Shown here piece by piece: positions 29,343-39,360 of a DNA stretch of 64,000 bases. Location: the NCBI GenBank assembly GCA_036339465.1, contig JAYZAY010000062.1, positions 32,001 through 96,000 on the forward strand, given 5' to 3'. The notes below the pieces were generated by a model. It saw only the letters and a list, made by a program, of their open reading frames with translations. It was not told the DNA's origin and did not search any database. The first letter of the stretch is position 1; the number at the start of each line of letters is the position of its first letter. The stretch comes from Myxococcota bacterium (GTDB lineage Bacteria; Myxococcota; XYA12-FULL-58-9; JABJBS01). Position numbers and translations under genes: made by a program.

Positions 29343-29999
29343 ATGAATCGTTGGCTCTGTTTTTTCGTTGTAGGTTTGATTGTCATGCCTCAATGGGTTT
29401 TGGCCGGCTCAAGCAACAACAATTGCGTCACGACGTTGAGGTTCGAAACCAACGACTCCTTGGAACGGACGACTTTTGTTTGGAAGCATTTGCGTTTGGT
29501 TAGTAAAGAGTTTTGTAGGGCTCAGGTCAAAGATTCACGAGATTGGCAATCTCTTGAGGTTATTGCTGCCCACAGAAGCCCAATCACCGAAGCCAGGTAT
29601 ATTCTCAGCTGTCTTCGGTCTGAAAATAAGAAATACAAACAATGTAAGCACTATGAAAATCAAAAGGCAATATTAGTGCTTCGGAATATACTAGAAGATA
29701 ACCCCAAGGCCAACGATAAAACCATGATTAAACTGTTAGGTAATAAGATAGCGAGCCAGGTGAGGTCTGGATGTGTCGTTTCGAAACATCTCATTGGTCA
29801 TGCCGTTAATCTCAATATGAGTGATGGTTCGCCCGAGGAGGTGGCGCGTTTGAAAAACATTATTCTCAATTACCGCTACAAAGTGGGAAACAAGAGGAAC
29901 AAAATAATGTTAAAGGAAAAAGGAAAAGGGAGTTCCCGCTATTTTCATTTGAATTTTCCACCCTACGGTTACAATCTTTGGGTTTGTCCGGGGGGGTAG
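29343..29999 (+). CDS. Secreted protein with peptidase M15-like (Hedgehog/DD-peptidase) motifs
   Basis: Signal-peptide-like N-terminus; AAHRSP, SKHLIGHAVNL, YFHLNF. Confidence 0.5.
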   Translation: MNRWLCFFVVGLIVMPQWVLAGSSNNNCVTTLRFETNDSLERTTFVWKHLRLVSKEFCRAQVKDSRDWQSLEVIAAHRSPITEARYILSCLRSENKKYKQCKHYENQKAILVLRNILEDNPKANDKTMIKLLGNKIASQVRSGCVVSKHLIGHAVNLNMSDGSPEEVARLKNIILNYRYKVGNKRNKIMLKEKGKGSSRYFHLNFPPYGYNLWVCPGG

Positions 30000-30079
30000 C
30001 CTACCTAAGCTCTAATCTTTCTGAGCAGACATGAAGGTGGTGTTACGCGGTGCAGCTGAAGGGTAAAGCGGCTTTGAAA

Positions 30080-30520
30080 TCGCCGTGGATATCTGCAGTT
30101 TGATATTTGGTTTTGGCTTTGCCACGGCTTTCGCGATTTCAACTTTTTCATCGATGAGGTAGGAGACCCGGACAATGCCGTCAAATTCTCGCCCATAAAA
30201 CTCTTGAGTTCCTATGCATCAAAGTTCTTCATGGTATTGATGGAAGGGGCACAACGCATGGTGAAGGGGGTGTCGTATTTCTCCACAAAAATCTTTTGCC
30301 ACCGGGGCGTATCTGCGCCCATGCCTGCCACGCCAATACCCTTGCCCATGAATTTCCCATGATGGTTGAAAACACCATCTCCTTCCTTGCTCTAGTCGGT
30401 CATGTTTGTTTTTGGGAAAATCACAAGAGGAATTGCCAAGCAGGAAAGTTGCCGATAGCCATGCTTTGGCCTTCGGCATCAGAAAGCTCAAAGCCAGGGG
30501 CGGGAGTGGCTGCTTTTAAT
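30080..30520 (-). pseudogene. bcp: Decayed peroxiredoxin Q/BCP gene (coordinates approximate)
   Basis: Manual translation across frames: LKAATPAPGFELSDAEG / FPK / TD*SKEG..GIGVAGMGADT..FVEKYDTPF..FDA*ELKSFMG / EFDGIVRVSYLIDE. Stops at 30392-30394 and 30212-30214, plus frameshifts. Confidence 0.78.
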
Positions 30521-30638
30521 CTATCTCGCCTTTCAACAACCCCTGATTTAAGTGGGCTTAACAAAACTTTTTTGGGTCTCGTAGAGAGGATTTTGCCCAA
30601 GACATTCCTTTTTTTGAGCTCACGTCATATGGGGGCCC

Positions 30639-32543
30639 ATGGCATCTCTCCTTCAGTTACAAGAAGTGTTCCTCCGCTATGGTGAGCACCCTCTGCTCGA
30701 CCATATTTCGGTGGGGGTGAACGAGGGTGACAGAATTGCTCTTTTGGGCCGCAATGGTGAGGGCAAGTCCTCGTTGATGAAAATTATGAAGGGTGCGGTG
30801 AAGCCCGATGAGGGCGCTGTTCAGCACCATCCGGAGGTGGAAATCGACTGGCTCGGCCAGGAATTTGAGATCGTGAGCGAGGGCCAGACCGCCTTTGAGG
30901 TGGTGATAGGTCGCGCGGGCCGGATGGCCACGGGTCTCGCGCGGTACCAAGCGGTGATGGCGAAACTGGCCGCAGGTGGCGGTGTTGATGACGCGCTGCA
31001 TGACGAATTGGCGAGTCTTCAAGCACACCTGGACAATGCAGGTGCATGGACTTTGCCCGAACGCTGCAAGCAACTTTTGGTGGATTTGGATATTGAGCCC
31101 GATGGCCAGGTCCAAAATTTTTCGGGTGGGCAGAGGCGCCGGGTCGCACTGGCCGCGGCCATGGCCGGTGAGCCTGAGGTCCTCCTTTTAGATGAGCCGA
31201 CCAACCATCTAGACATCGATACAATTGAATGGTTGGAGCTCAGATTGAGTCGGTGGCGAGGCGCTGTTGTGCTGGTGACCCACGACCGAGCTTTCATGCG
31301 GAGGGTTTCTAGTGCAATTTGGGATTTAGATAGGGGGCGGCTAACGGCGTGGCCTGGGGACTATGATCGTTACCTCGAAGGGAAACAAAAATATCTTGAT
31401 GAGGAGGCTGAGAAGTGGGGCAAGGAGGATGACCGTCTGGCCAGGGAAGAACAGTGGCTGCGCAAGGGGGTTACTGCACGTCGCAGACGGAATCAAGGTC
31501 GACTTCGAGCATTGAAAGGGCTTCGTCAGGAGCGGACGGATCGCCGCAAGCGTTTGGGACAAGCTGATGTGGGTGTTCAGGGAGCACGACGATCGGGGCA
31601 TATTATTTTCGAATTGGAGAATGTCTCATTTGCCTACGAACAAGAACCCATCGTTACCAACTTATCTCTCTTGGTGGGAAGGGGTGAACGTTACGGAGTG
31701 GTGGGTCCCAATGGTGCAGGGAAAACCACCCTCTTAAAGTTAATGCTGGGCCAGCTAAAGCCACAAGATGGAGTGGTTGATGTGGGAACTCAATTGGATG
31801 TGGCCTACTTTGACCAGCTTCGGGACAAACTCTCACCCAACTTAACGCCGCGTCAATGGATTGCCGATGGTGGCGATTTTATGAGTATTGGCGAAGATCG
31901 AATGCACGTACTGGGGTATTTGGAGCAGTACTTATTTTCTCCACAACGCGCTCAAACGCCCATTCGGGTGCTGTCAGGCGGTGAGCGGAATAGGTTGTTG
32001 TTGGCCAAATTGTTTTCTCGGCCAGCCAATGTCCTCGTATTGGACGAACCCACCAACGACTTGGACGTAGAAACCCTGGAAATGTTGGAATTTGCCCTTC
32101 TTAGTTTTAAGGGCACGGTGTTGATTGTGAGTCACGATAGAGAGTTTCTAAATAATGTGGTTACCCATGTTCTCTGGGTCTCTGGAGGGGGTAAGGTGGA
32201 GAGTTTCGCAGGGAGTTACGATGATGCCTATGCTCTCAGGCAACAACGGGAAGAGACTTTGCCCTCCCCAATTGCTAAGGTGGATAAGAGCAAGGGCAAA
32301 CCAAAACGTCCACAAGAAAACAAGCTGACCTTTAAAGAGAAGCACGAGTTGGATCTCTTGCCAGGGCAAATTGAGACTCTCGAAGGTGAGAAAGAAAACC
32401 TGGAAATCACACTGGGTGATCCCGATTTCTATAAGAATTCCGGCTCAGAGGTGGGTCCCATTCAAGCCCGCTTGTCTGAGATTGAAATTGAAGTGGAAAC
32501 ACTCTATGGCCGCTGGGAAAAACTTTCGGAGAAATCTCCATGA
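30639..32543 (+). CDS. uup: ABC-F family ATPase, Uup type
   Basis: GRNGEGKSSL and GPNGAGKTT; linker WLRKGVTARRRRNQGR; C-terminal KLTFKEKHEL coiled coil. Confidence 0.88.
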   Translation: MASLLQLQEVFLRYGEHPLLDHISVGVNEGDRIALLGRNGEGKSSLMKIMKGAVKPDEGAVQHHPEVEIDWLGQEFEIVSEGQTAFEVVIGRAGRMATGLARYQAVMAKLAAGGGVDDALHDELASLQAHLDNAGAWTLPERCKQLLVDLDIEPDGQVQNFSGGQRRRVALAAAMAGEPEVLLLDEPTNHLDIDTIEWLELRLSRWRGAVVLVTHDRAFMRRVSSAIWDLDRGRLTAWPGDYDRYLEGKQKYLDEEAEKWGKEDDRLAREEQWLRKGVTARRRRNQGRLRALKGLRQERTDRRKRLGQADVGVQGARRSGHIIFELENVSFAYEQEPIVTNLSLLVGRGERYGVVGPNGAGKTTLLKLMLGQLKPQDGVVDVGTQLDVAYFDQLRDKLSPNLTPRQWIADGGDFMSIGEDRMHVLGYLEQYLFSPQRAQTPIRVLSGGERNRLLLAKLFSRPANVLVLDEPTNDLDVETLEMLEFALLSFKGTVLIVSHDREFLNNVVTHVLWVSGGGKVESFAGSYDDAYALRQQREETLPSPIAKVDKSKGKPKRPQENKLTFKEKHELDLLPGQIETLEGEKENLEITLGDPDFYKNSGSEVGPIQARLSEIEIEVETLYGRWEKLSEKSP

Positions 32544-32708
32544 TTTCTCAATTTGCCCTATCTAAATCGTGAGGCTTGGTAGGCAATCGCGTTGGCCTCG
32601 GGGCACGGACTACTGAAAAGTGTGAGAGTGATTTTGGCATAAGTCTGAGGGTGAATCGATGGTCCATGTACGATTATGTGGATAGGTAAGAAGGGATGTC
32701 GCTCTGTA

Positions 32709-33635
32709 TTAATGAACGCCCGACACGGCCATTTCCGGCCAGGTATCTGGGACCACAAACCCTCGACTCTTTTCTGTCTTGGAGCCGTTCCTGTCAAATT
32801 CCGCAATCAGCAGGGGAACCTCACGTTCTGTCCACCAACTTTGAATATGATCGAGTAGGTCCGAAAGTGGGAGGGATTGGGTGGCCAAGGTGGGGCTAAA
32901 GGATAACCAATGGGGTTTGGGCACAATGGCGTACCGATGGGAAAACTCCGGGGCGGATTCTCGGAGTGAGGCAAAGGTTTCCCACCAGCCTCGGAGATGT
33001 TTGGGATTGACTCCAGGCAACACCTCGAATTCTTCATTGGCAAATTCAGGCCGCGGGTAGAAGAGGAATCCTTTGGTAAGAGCAATGGGAGTCACGTTTT
33101 TCTGAAGGTCAAGCCCCAGTTGTTCTCGGGTGATGGGATTGTGGCAAAGGGTGAGCTGTTTTTGGGCGAGTTTGGATATCTTATTGTCAAGGTTGTCGTT
33201 GATATTGGGTCCTACGAAATCAAGCCAGCTCTCTCCTTTTCGTATTTTGAGATAGTATTTGACCGCCGCTTCAACGTGCACGGTAATATGTTCGGATTCT
33301 AGCAAATAGTCCAATTCACCGATGGTTTGGTTTCGGTCAAAAATTTGTATTTGGGAAGCAAGTACCTTGGTCTGCTCGTGGGTGGTAAACCAGAATTGCA
33401 GTAAGGCTTCCAGGTAACGGCCAACTCGGGGTGGCGCTTTGAAATTCGGGGCTGCGTTTTTCACCAAATGGCGGTAATTGATGTTGGTATTTTCGGATAG
33501 ACGGCCGAAACAATCGATGAGGTTTTCGGCCACCTTAAAGGGGACCGAGAGGTGATTGATCAGTAAGGAAGGGGAGTTTACCAGCCAGGCTAGGTCATTG
33601 GCGGTTTGTCGTATCATGTCATCTGCAGTTGTCAT
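32709..33635 (-). CDS. DUF1853-like protein (PD-(D/E)XK nuclease-like); start uncertain
   Basis: DLAWL..SPSL, RVGRYLEAL, TIGELDYL, HVEAAVKYYL, GPN..D, RGFVVPDTWP. Confidence 0.75.
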   Translation of the reverse strand: MTTADDMIRQTANDLAWLVNSPSLLINHLSVPFKVAENLIDCFGRLSENTNINYRHLVKNAAPNFKAPPRVGRYLEALLQFWFTTHEQTKVLASQIQIFDRNQTIGELDYLLESEHITVHVEAAVKYYLKIRKGESWLDFVGPNINDNLDNKISKLAQKQLTLCHNPITREQLGLDLQKNVTPIALTKGFLFYPRPEFANEEFEVLPGVNPKHLRGWWETFASLRESAPEFSHRYAIVPKPHWLSFSPTLATQSLPLSDLLDHIQSWWTEREVPLLIAEFDRNGSKTEKSRGFVVPDTWPEMAVSGVH

Positions 33636-33688
33636 GTGTGGGCCTACGTTATAGCAGGTCTGGGGATGAGGAAAGGAATTGGCAATCC

Positions 33689-34441
33689 ATGGCGCGGCTA
33701 ACCGATGACGATACCATTGAGCTTCGAGCTGAACTTTCGAACTCTCCGCTCCAATTGGAGGAGCCGGGTAAGATTTCCGAGGCTTTGGCACAATTTGTGC
33801 GGCCGGAGCGATTGGAGCGATTGAAGGGGGTATTGTCTCGCCGTATTCGAGGTGTGACGGCGCTGATTGAATTTGTGAACAATCCCCATAATACGGCGGC
33901 GTGCGTTCGTTCTTGTGATGCTTTTGGTATCCAGGATCTCCATGTGGTGACTCAGGATGGGGATCCCCTCAAGGTGGCTTTGGGCATCACCAAAGGTGCT
34001 CATCGTTGGCTCACCATTCACACCCATGAAACCATCGAAGAGGCCGTCAAAGTTCTGAAGCAAAACGGTTATCATATTGCGGCCACGGATCCCGGCGGTG
34101 AGGATAGAGCCGCGGCGCCTATCGAAGCGCTGCCTTTGGAGCATAAAGTTTGTATCGCTTTTGGCAACGAGCGGGATGGGATCAGTCCTACTCTAAGGCG
34201 GGAAGCTGATTCCCTAACCGTGATCCCCATGCAAGGTTTTGTGGAATCCTTTAATATTTCTGTGGCCTTTGCCCTCTGTCTTCATGCCACCCGTCGGCGC
34301 TTTGATGAACAATACGGGGGTGCGGGCGACCTCTCGGAAACCGATCAAAATCGCATTTTGGACCGCTGGTTTTTGGATGAAGTTCCCCAGGCCATGAAGG
34401 TGTTGAAGGAATTGGACCGTCGAGTGACAGAAGGGTCCTAG
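33689..34441 (+). CDS. trmH: SpoU/TrmH-family RNA methyltransferase
   Basis: PHNTAACVRSCDAFG, FGNERDG, IPMQGFVESFNISVA. Confidence 0.85.
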   Translation: MARLTDDDTIELRAELSNSPLQLEEPGKISEALAQFVRPERLERLKGVLSRRIRGVTALIEFVNNPHNTAACVRSCDAFGIQDLHVVTQDGDPLKVALGITKGAHRWLTIHTHETIEEAVKVLKQNGYHIAATDPGGEDRAAAPIEALPLEHKVCIAFGNERDGISPTLRREADSLTVIPMQGFVESFNISVAFALCLHATRRRFDEQYGGAGDLSETDQNRILDRWFLDEVPQAMKVLKELDRRVTEGS

Positions 34442-34974
34442 ACTTTGAGGGCTTTAAGAATCTCTGAGTGGGACGAGAATTGTTGGGTGGCGGCTCCCGT
34501 TTCATCAAGGCCTGAGCTCAAAAGCCACCTTCGGCTCACCCCCGCTTTTTGGCCGGCCAACATATCCGAGGCGCTATCGCCGATGATGATGCTTTTACTT
34601 AAATCGAGGTCATGGTCTCTTTGGGCTTGAAGCAGCATGCCGGGATTGGGTTTTCGGTTTTGGGAATCACGGTCGTATTGTGGTAGTTTTGCCCCTATCA
34701 AATAGGGGCAATGATAGTAGTCCAGAAATTCAATCCCATGGGTATTGAGTTGCTCTAGCATCCATAGTGTTAAGGTTTGAAAATCCTCTTCGAGGTAGTA
34801 ACCCCTCGCGATCCCTGCCTGATTGGTGATCATGACCAACTGAAAATTTTGAACCATTGCCTCCCGGCAGACTTCGAAAAGACCGTCGATAAACTCAAAA
34901 TTGTCTTTTTTGTGGACATAGCCATGGTTGATGTTGATGACCCCGTCGCGGTCGAGGAAAAGGGCTTTGCTCAT
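34438..34974 (-). CDS. gmhB: D-glycero-D-manno-heptose 1,7-bisphosphate phosphatase
   Basis: ALFLDRDGVIN, TNQAGIARG, RKPNPGM, IGDSASD. Confidence 0.9.
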   Translation of the reverse strand: MSKALFLDRDGVININHGYVHKKDNFEFIDGLFEVCREAMVQNFQLVMITNQAGIARGYYLEEDFQTLTLWMLEQLNTHGIEFLDYYHCPYLIGAKLPQYDRDSQNRKPNPGMLLQAQRDHDLDLSKSIIIGDSASDMLAGQKAGVSRRWLLSSGLDETGAATQQFSSHSEILKALKV

Positions 34975-35087
34975 GCTTACCATGTTAACTTGCCTTGGGG
35001 ACAAAGGGAATCTTGCGCGGGTTTCTGACAATCTTGCCTGGTGCTTGCCGATGAACTACAAACACTCAGGTTTGCGGAGAAACGAAC

Positions 35088-35486
35088 ATGATACGGCGGA
35101 TGTTTAAAAGTAAGATTCATGGTGCGGTGGTAACTCACGCAGATCTCCATGGTGCGGGAAATGTGACCATCGGTCGAAATCTCTTGGGTGCGGATGATAT
35201 CCTTACTCACGAAGAAGTTCATATCTGGAATGTTACTCGGGGCACCGGCATTAGCACCTGCGTGCTGGAAGAAACGAAAGGCTCCGGTCATATCCGTATC
35301 GATGGTGCCGCGGCCCATCTCATGCCTCGCGGGGATTCGGTTATGTTCGTGACTTCTGCGGAAATGGATTCGGCGGAAGCAAGGAATTTCAAGCCACGGT
35401 TATTTGAGTGAACGACAATAATGCTATAGATAGGCAACGCAGTGGAACTCGCCGGCCCGGAAACTCCACGCGTTGCGAAGGGTTAA
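35088..35486 (+). pseudogene. panD: Degenerate aspartate 1-decarboxylase
   Basis: KSKIH, WNVT and GAAAH are recognisable. Cleavage Ser25 is Asn, Arg54 is Gly, Tyr58 is Cys. The C-terminal tail continues in shifted frames (VNDNNAI; VELAGPETPRVAKG*). Confidence 0.8.
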
Positions 35487-35489
35487 CTT

Positions 35490-36317
35490 ATGTATATCGA
35501 AGCCACTGATACCCAGTTGAATCAAACCCTAGAGGCGGTGAGCCACGATGCTTCCCATCTTCATGTGACGGTTCCCGACGCGGAGTTGGCCCGTCGCCGG
35601 GAGCGGGTGTTCATGATTTTGGTGGGGATATTTCTCGGTACCCTCACCATGCTCAATATTCTAGGCATTACTCGATTTTTGGATCTGAGCTTTGAGCTTT
35701 TTGGGATGCAGGTCCCCTTTGTCTTGGCGGTGGGGGTTTTACCTTATCCCATTACCTTCTTGTGCACCGACTTCATCAGTGAATTTTACGGTCAGCGCCG
35801 GGCAAACTTTCTCGTTTGGGTGGGGCTATTGTTGAACATCTGGGTGGTGGTGATTCTCTGGTTGGGTGGAGCTTTGCCACCGCACCTTCCCATGGAGCCC
35901 GATACAGGCTTGCCAGCCATTGGTACCCACGGACGCGTTTTTTTCGAAGTGAAACAACTGGCATTTGGGGCCATTCTTGCATCCATGGTGGCCTATCTCA
36001 CGGCCCAGTTTTGCGATGTGAAGCTTTTCCACTTCTGGAAAAAACTGACCAAGGGCAAACATCTTTGGATTAGAAACAATCTTTCTACCAGCGTGAGCCA
36101 AATGGTGGATACAGTGGCGGTGATATTGATTACCCATTTTTATGCCCATGCTTTGCCCATTAATGCCGACGAAGGTATTTGGGGGCAATTGATGGTCTTT
36201 ATTTTGTCGGGTTATGTTTTTAAAGTGACATGCGCTCTCTTGGATACCATTCCGTTTTACTTGGGTTCTAAGTGGTTGGCACAATATCTTCGCATCGACC
36301 CGATGCAGGTTCACTGA
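35490..36317 (+). CDS. yhhQ: Queuosine precursor transporter (YhhQ/Vut family)
   Basis: YPITFLCTDFISEFYG, ASMVAYLTAQFCDV, LWIRNNLST.VSQMVDT, DTIPFY. Confidence 0.9.
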   Translation: MYIEATDTQLNQTLEAVSHDASHLHVTVPDAELARRRERVFMILVGIFLGTLTMLNILGITRFLDLSFELFGMQVPFVLAVGVLPYPITFLCTDFISEFYGQRRANFLVWVGLLLNIWVVVILWLGGALPPHLPMEPDTGLPAIGTHGRVFFEVKQLAFGAILASMVAYLTAQFCDVKLFHFWKKLTKGKHLWIRNNLSTSVSQMVDTVAVILITHFYAHALPINADEGIWGQLMVFILSGYVFKVTCALLDTIPFYLGSKWLAQYLRIDPMQVH

Positions 36318-36466
36318 GGAAGGGGGTATCCTCAGTCAAGGCAGCAGAGGCAATATCCAATTGCCCAGTGCGGGGATGGGAGGGTTGAAAAGGGCGTCGT
36401 CGGTGTGGGGTATCCATACTCCTCCATATCTTGCGGCTTGATGTGAAATATGGAAGAGATGGAACC

Positions 36467-37375
36467 ATGAGCGAATATTCCCTAAGTCATTTAGCCCAAT
36501 TAGAGGCGGAAAGTATTCATATCATTCGAGAAGTGGCGGCTGAGTGTGAGAAACCGGTGATGCTCTACTCCATTGGTAAAGATTCGTCGGTGATGGTGCG
36601 GTTGGCCCAAAAAGCCTTTGCTCCGGGGCCTGTCCCTTTTCCCCTTCTCCATGTGGATACCACCTACAAATTCAGAGCCATGATCGAGTTTCGCGATAAA
36701 TTCTGTGCAGAGCAGGGTTTGGAACTTCTGGTGCATACCAATGAAGAGGCCCAGTTGGAGGGTATCAATCCCTTTGACCATGGCAGCGATAAATACACCC
36801 ATGCCTTCAAAACCGAGGCCCTGCTTCAAGCCATCAACAGGGGCGGATACGATGCTGCCTTTGGGGGAGCTCGGCGCGACGAAGAAAAATCCCGAGCTAA
36901 GGAAAGGGTGTATTCATTTCGAGATCGCTTCCATCAGTGGGATCCCAAAAACCAACGACCAGAACTTTGGAACCTGTACAATGGGCGTGTGAGTTCCGGT
37001 GAAAGTATCCGTGTCTTTCCCCTTTCAAATTGGACTGAGTTGGATATCTGGCTCTACATCTATAAAGAACAAATTCCCATTGTGCCCATTTACTACGCCC
37101 AAAAACAACCTTGCGTTATGCGGGATGGTCGAATCATCATGGTCGACGACGGGCGTTTACCCCTCAAGCCCGGTGAAGAACCTCAAATGAAAATGGTACG
37201 TTTTAGATCCCTGGGATGCTATCCGCTGACGGCAGCCACGGAATCTGAAGCTCACTCCCTACCGTTGATCATCGAGGAAATGATGCTTACGCGAAAGAGT
37301 GAGCGAGAGAATCGAATGATTGACTACGATGGCAATGCTTCCATGGAGCAAAAGAAACGGGAGGGTTATTTCTAA
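36467..37375 (+). CDS. cysD: Sulfate adenylyltransferase subunit 2
   Basis: [44 protein letters not shown]. Confidence 0.97.
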   Translation: MSEYSLSHLAQLEAESIHIIREVAAECEKPVMLYSIGKDSSVMVRLAQKAFAPGPVPFPLLHVDTTYKFRAMIEFRDKFCAEQGLELLVHTNEEAQLEGINPFDHGSDKYTHAFKTEALLQAINRGGYDAAFGGARRDEEKSRAKERVYSFRDRFHQWDPKNQRPELWNLYNGRVSSGESIRVFPLSNWTELDIWLYIYKEQIPIVPIYYAQKQPCVMRDGRIIMVDDGRLPLKPGEEPQMKMVRFRSLGCYPLTAATESEAHSLPLIIEEMMLTRKSERENRMIDYDGNASMEQKKREGYF

Positions 37376-39315
37376 TGACGAATATCGATGCCCTTCTCGA
37401 AGAAAATGAAGCGAAGGACCTTCTCCGGTTTGTAACGGCTGGGAGTGTGGATGATGGTAAATCGACTCTCATTGGTCGTTTGCTGTATGAGTCCAAAGGT
37501 ATTTACGAAGATCAACTTGAAGCAGTGGCTCAAGCTTCTAAAACCGAGGGTACCACGGGTGATGACATCGATTTGGCCCTCCTCACCGATGGTCTGCGGG
37601 CGGAACGAGAGCAGGGGATCACCATTGACGTGGCTTACCGTTATTTTTCCACCCCCAGTCGGAAATTCATTATTGCCGATTCTCCCGGCCACGAGCAGTA
37701 TACGCGGAATATGGTGACAGGTGCGTCTACGGCGTCTTTAGTGATCATTTTGGTGGATGCCAGTAAGGGGATTATTACCCAGTCCAAGCGCCATGCATTT
37801 ATTGCTTCACTTCTTCGGATCCCGCGGGTTCTTTTGGCAGTGAATAAGATGGATTTGATGGATTATAGCGAAGATGTTTTTCGAGAGATCGTGCACGACT
37901 TTACGGAATTCGCTGCCAAATTAGAGCTGACGGAAATTGATTTTATTCCGGTGAGTGCGCTGAAGGGCGACAATGTTGTTTCCAAGAGTGAACGGATGCC
38001 TTGGTATGATGGTCGGTCGGTGCTACGGCATTTAGACACGGTACATATCGCCGGTGACCGGAACCTCATTGATTTTAGGATGCCCGTACAATACGTATCT
38101 CGAACCAATGCCTCGTTTCGTGGCTATATGGGGAGGATCGAATCTGGCGCGGTTCACGTTGGCGATGCGGTGGTGGTCTTACCTTCGGGGGTGACGAATC
38201 GAGTCAAAGAGGTTTTTGGGCCCGACGGTCCCACGGAAACCGCTTTTGCCTCCATGAGTGCTACCTTAACGCTAGAAAACGAAGTGGACGTGAGCCGAGG
38301 TGATGTGATCAGCCCGGTGAACAACCGCCCCACGGTGGATCGTGCTTTGGAAGCCATGGTGGTGTGGATGGACTCCGATAAGCTTTCTTTGACGAAAGAA
38401 TATTTAGTGAAACATGGGACCCGGTTAATACCGGCTCGGATCACCAAGCTTCAGTACCAAGTGGATGTGAACACCCTACATCGCTCGGAAGTCGATAGTT
38501 TGTCGCTCAATGAGATTGGTCGATGTGAGTTGGAGTTGAGTCAATTGGTGGCTTTCGATCCCTATCGAAAGAATCGCGCCACGGGCTCCATGATCATTAT
38601 CGATCGTATGACCAACCGCACTGTGGGTGCGGCGATGGTTCTCGACCGTGGGGGCGGTGCGGGCAGGAGTCAGGCCAATTGGGAATCGTTTTCAAGTTCT
38701 TCCTATCTGGCTCCGAAGGCTTCGGGTGTTTCTCCTGTCGAGCGAGAAGCTCGGGATGGCTACTGCGGTTTCACGGTATTTTTGACAGGGCTAACGGGCA
38801 GTCGGAAGAGGGATATTGCCCTTCTCTTGGAGAGAGAGTTTTTTGACGAAGGGGCTTCTGTGGTGGTCCTAGATGGCCATACGATTCGTTCCGGTGTGGG
38901 TAAGGATTTGGGTTTTGATGCCTCGGCCCGTTCTGAGAATCTTCGCCGGGTTGCGGAAACGGCTCGGGTACTCAACGACCACGGTGTGATTGCCATCTGT
39001 GCCTTTGTGGCACCGTATTCGGAATTACGCGACAAAGTGGCTGAAACCATTGGTGAAGAGCGGTTCTTTGGCGTCTTTGTGGACGCGCCGGTGGAATATT
39101 GTCGAAAGCATGATGCCCAAGGTCTTTACGACAAAGCTGATCGAGGTGAAATCAAATCTTTTCCCGGTGTCAATGCTACTTATGAATTTCCCACTTCTCC
39201 CAATTTACTGGTGCGACCTGCGGAACAAAGCTTGGAAACTTGTGCTGGCCTGATCTATACTGCGGTGAAAAAGAAATTCTTCAAGAAGCCTTCGCTCAAG
39301 AGTGTCGATTGGTAG
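37375..39315 (+). CDS. cysNC: Sulfate adenylyltransferase subunit 1 fused to an APS kinase-like domain (CysN/CysC)
   Basis: GSVDDGKST, EREQGITIDVAY, NKMD; the C-terminal CysC-like domain has an altered P-loop. Confidence 0.93.
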   Translation: MTNIDALLEENEAKDLLRFVTAGSVDDGKSTLIGRLLYESKGIYEDQLEAVAQASKTEGTTGDDIDLALLTDGLRAEREQGITIDVAYRYFSTPSRKFIIADSPGHEQYTRNMVTGASTASLVIILVDASKGIITQSKRHAFIASLLRIPRVLLAVNKMDLMDYSEDVFREIVHDFTEFAAKLELTEIDFIPVSALKGDNVVSKSERMPWYDGRSVLRHLDTVHIAGDRNLIDFRMPVQYVSRTNASFRGYMGRIESGAVHVGDAVVVLPSGVTNRVKEVFGPDGPTETAFASMSATLTLENEVDVSRGDVISPVNNRPTVDRALEAMVVWMDSDKLSLTKEYLVKHGTRLIPARITKLQYQVDVNTLHRSEVDSLSLNEIGRCELELSQLVAFDPYRKNRATGSMIIIDRMTNRTVGAAMVLDRGGGAGRSQANWESFSSSSYLAPKASGVSPVEREARDGYCGFTVFLTGLTGSRKRDIALLLEREFFDEGASVVVLDGHTIRSGVGKDLGFDASARSENLRRVAETARVLNDHGVIAICAFVAPYSELRDKVAETIGEERFFGVFVDAPVEYCRKHDAQGLYDKADRGEIKSFPGVNATYEFPTSPNLLVRPAEQSLETCAGLIYTAVKKKFFKKPSLKSVDW

Positions 39316-39360
39316 GTGAATCATCTAGAATGAAGGCCAGTCACCGGCGTGTTTTCCGAA

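Noticed and set aside
32709..33635. Restriction or anti-phage nuclease system
   Set aside because: Solitary DUF1853-like gene among housekeeping genes; no DNA methylase or defence partners
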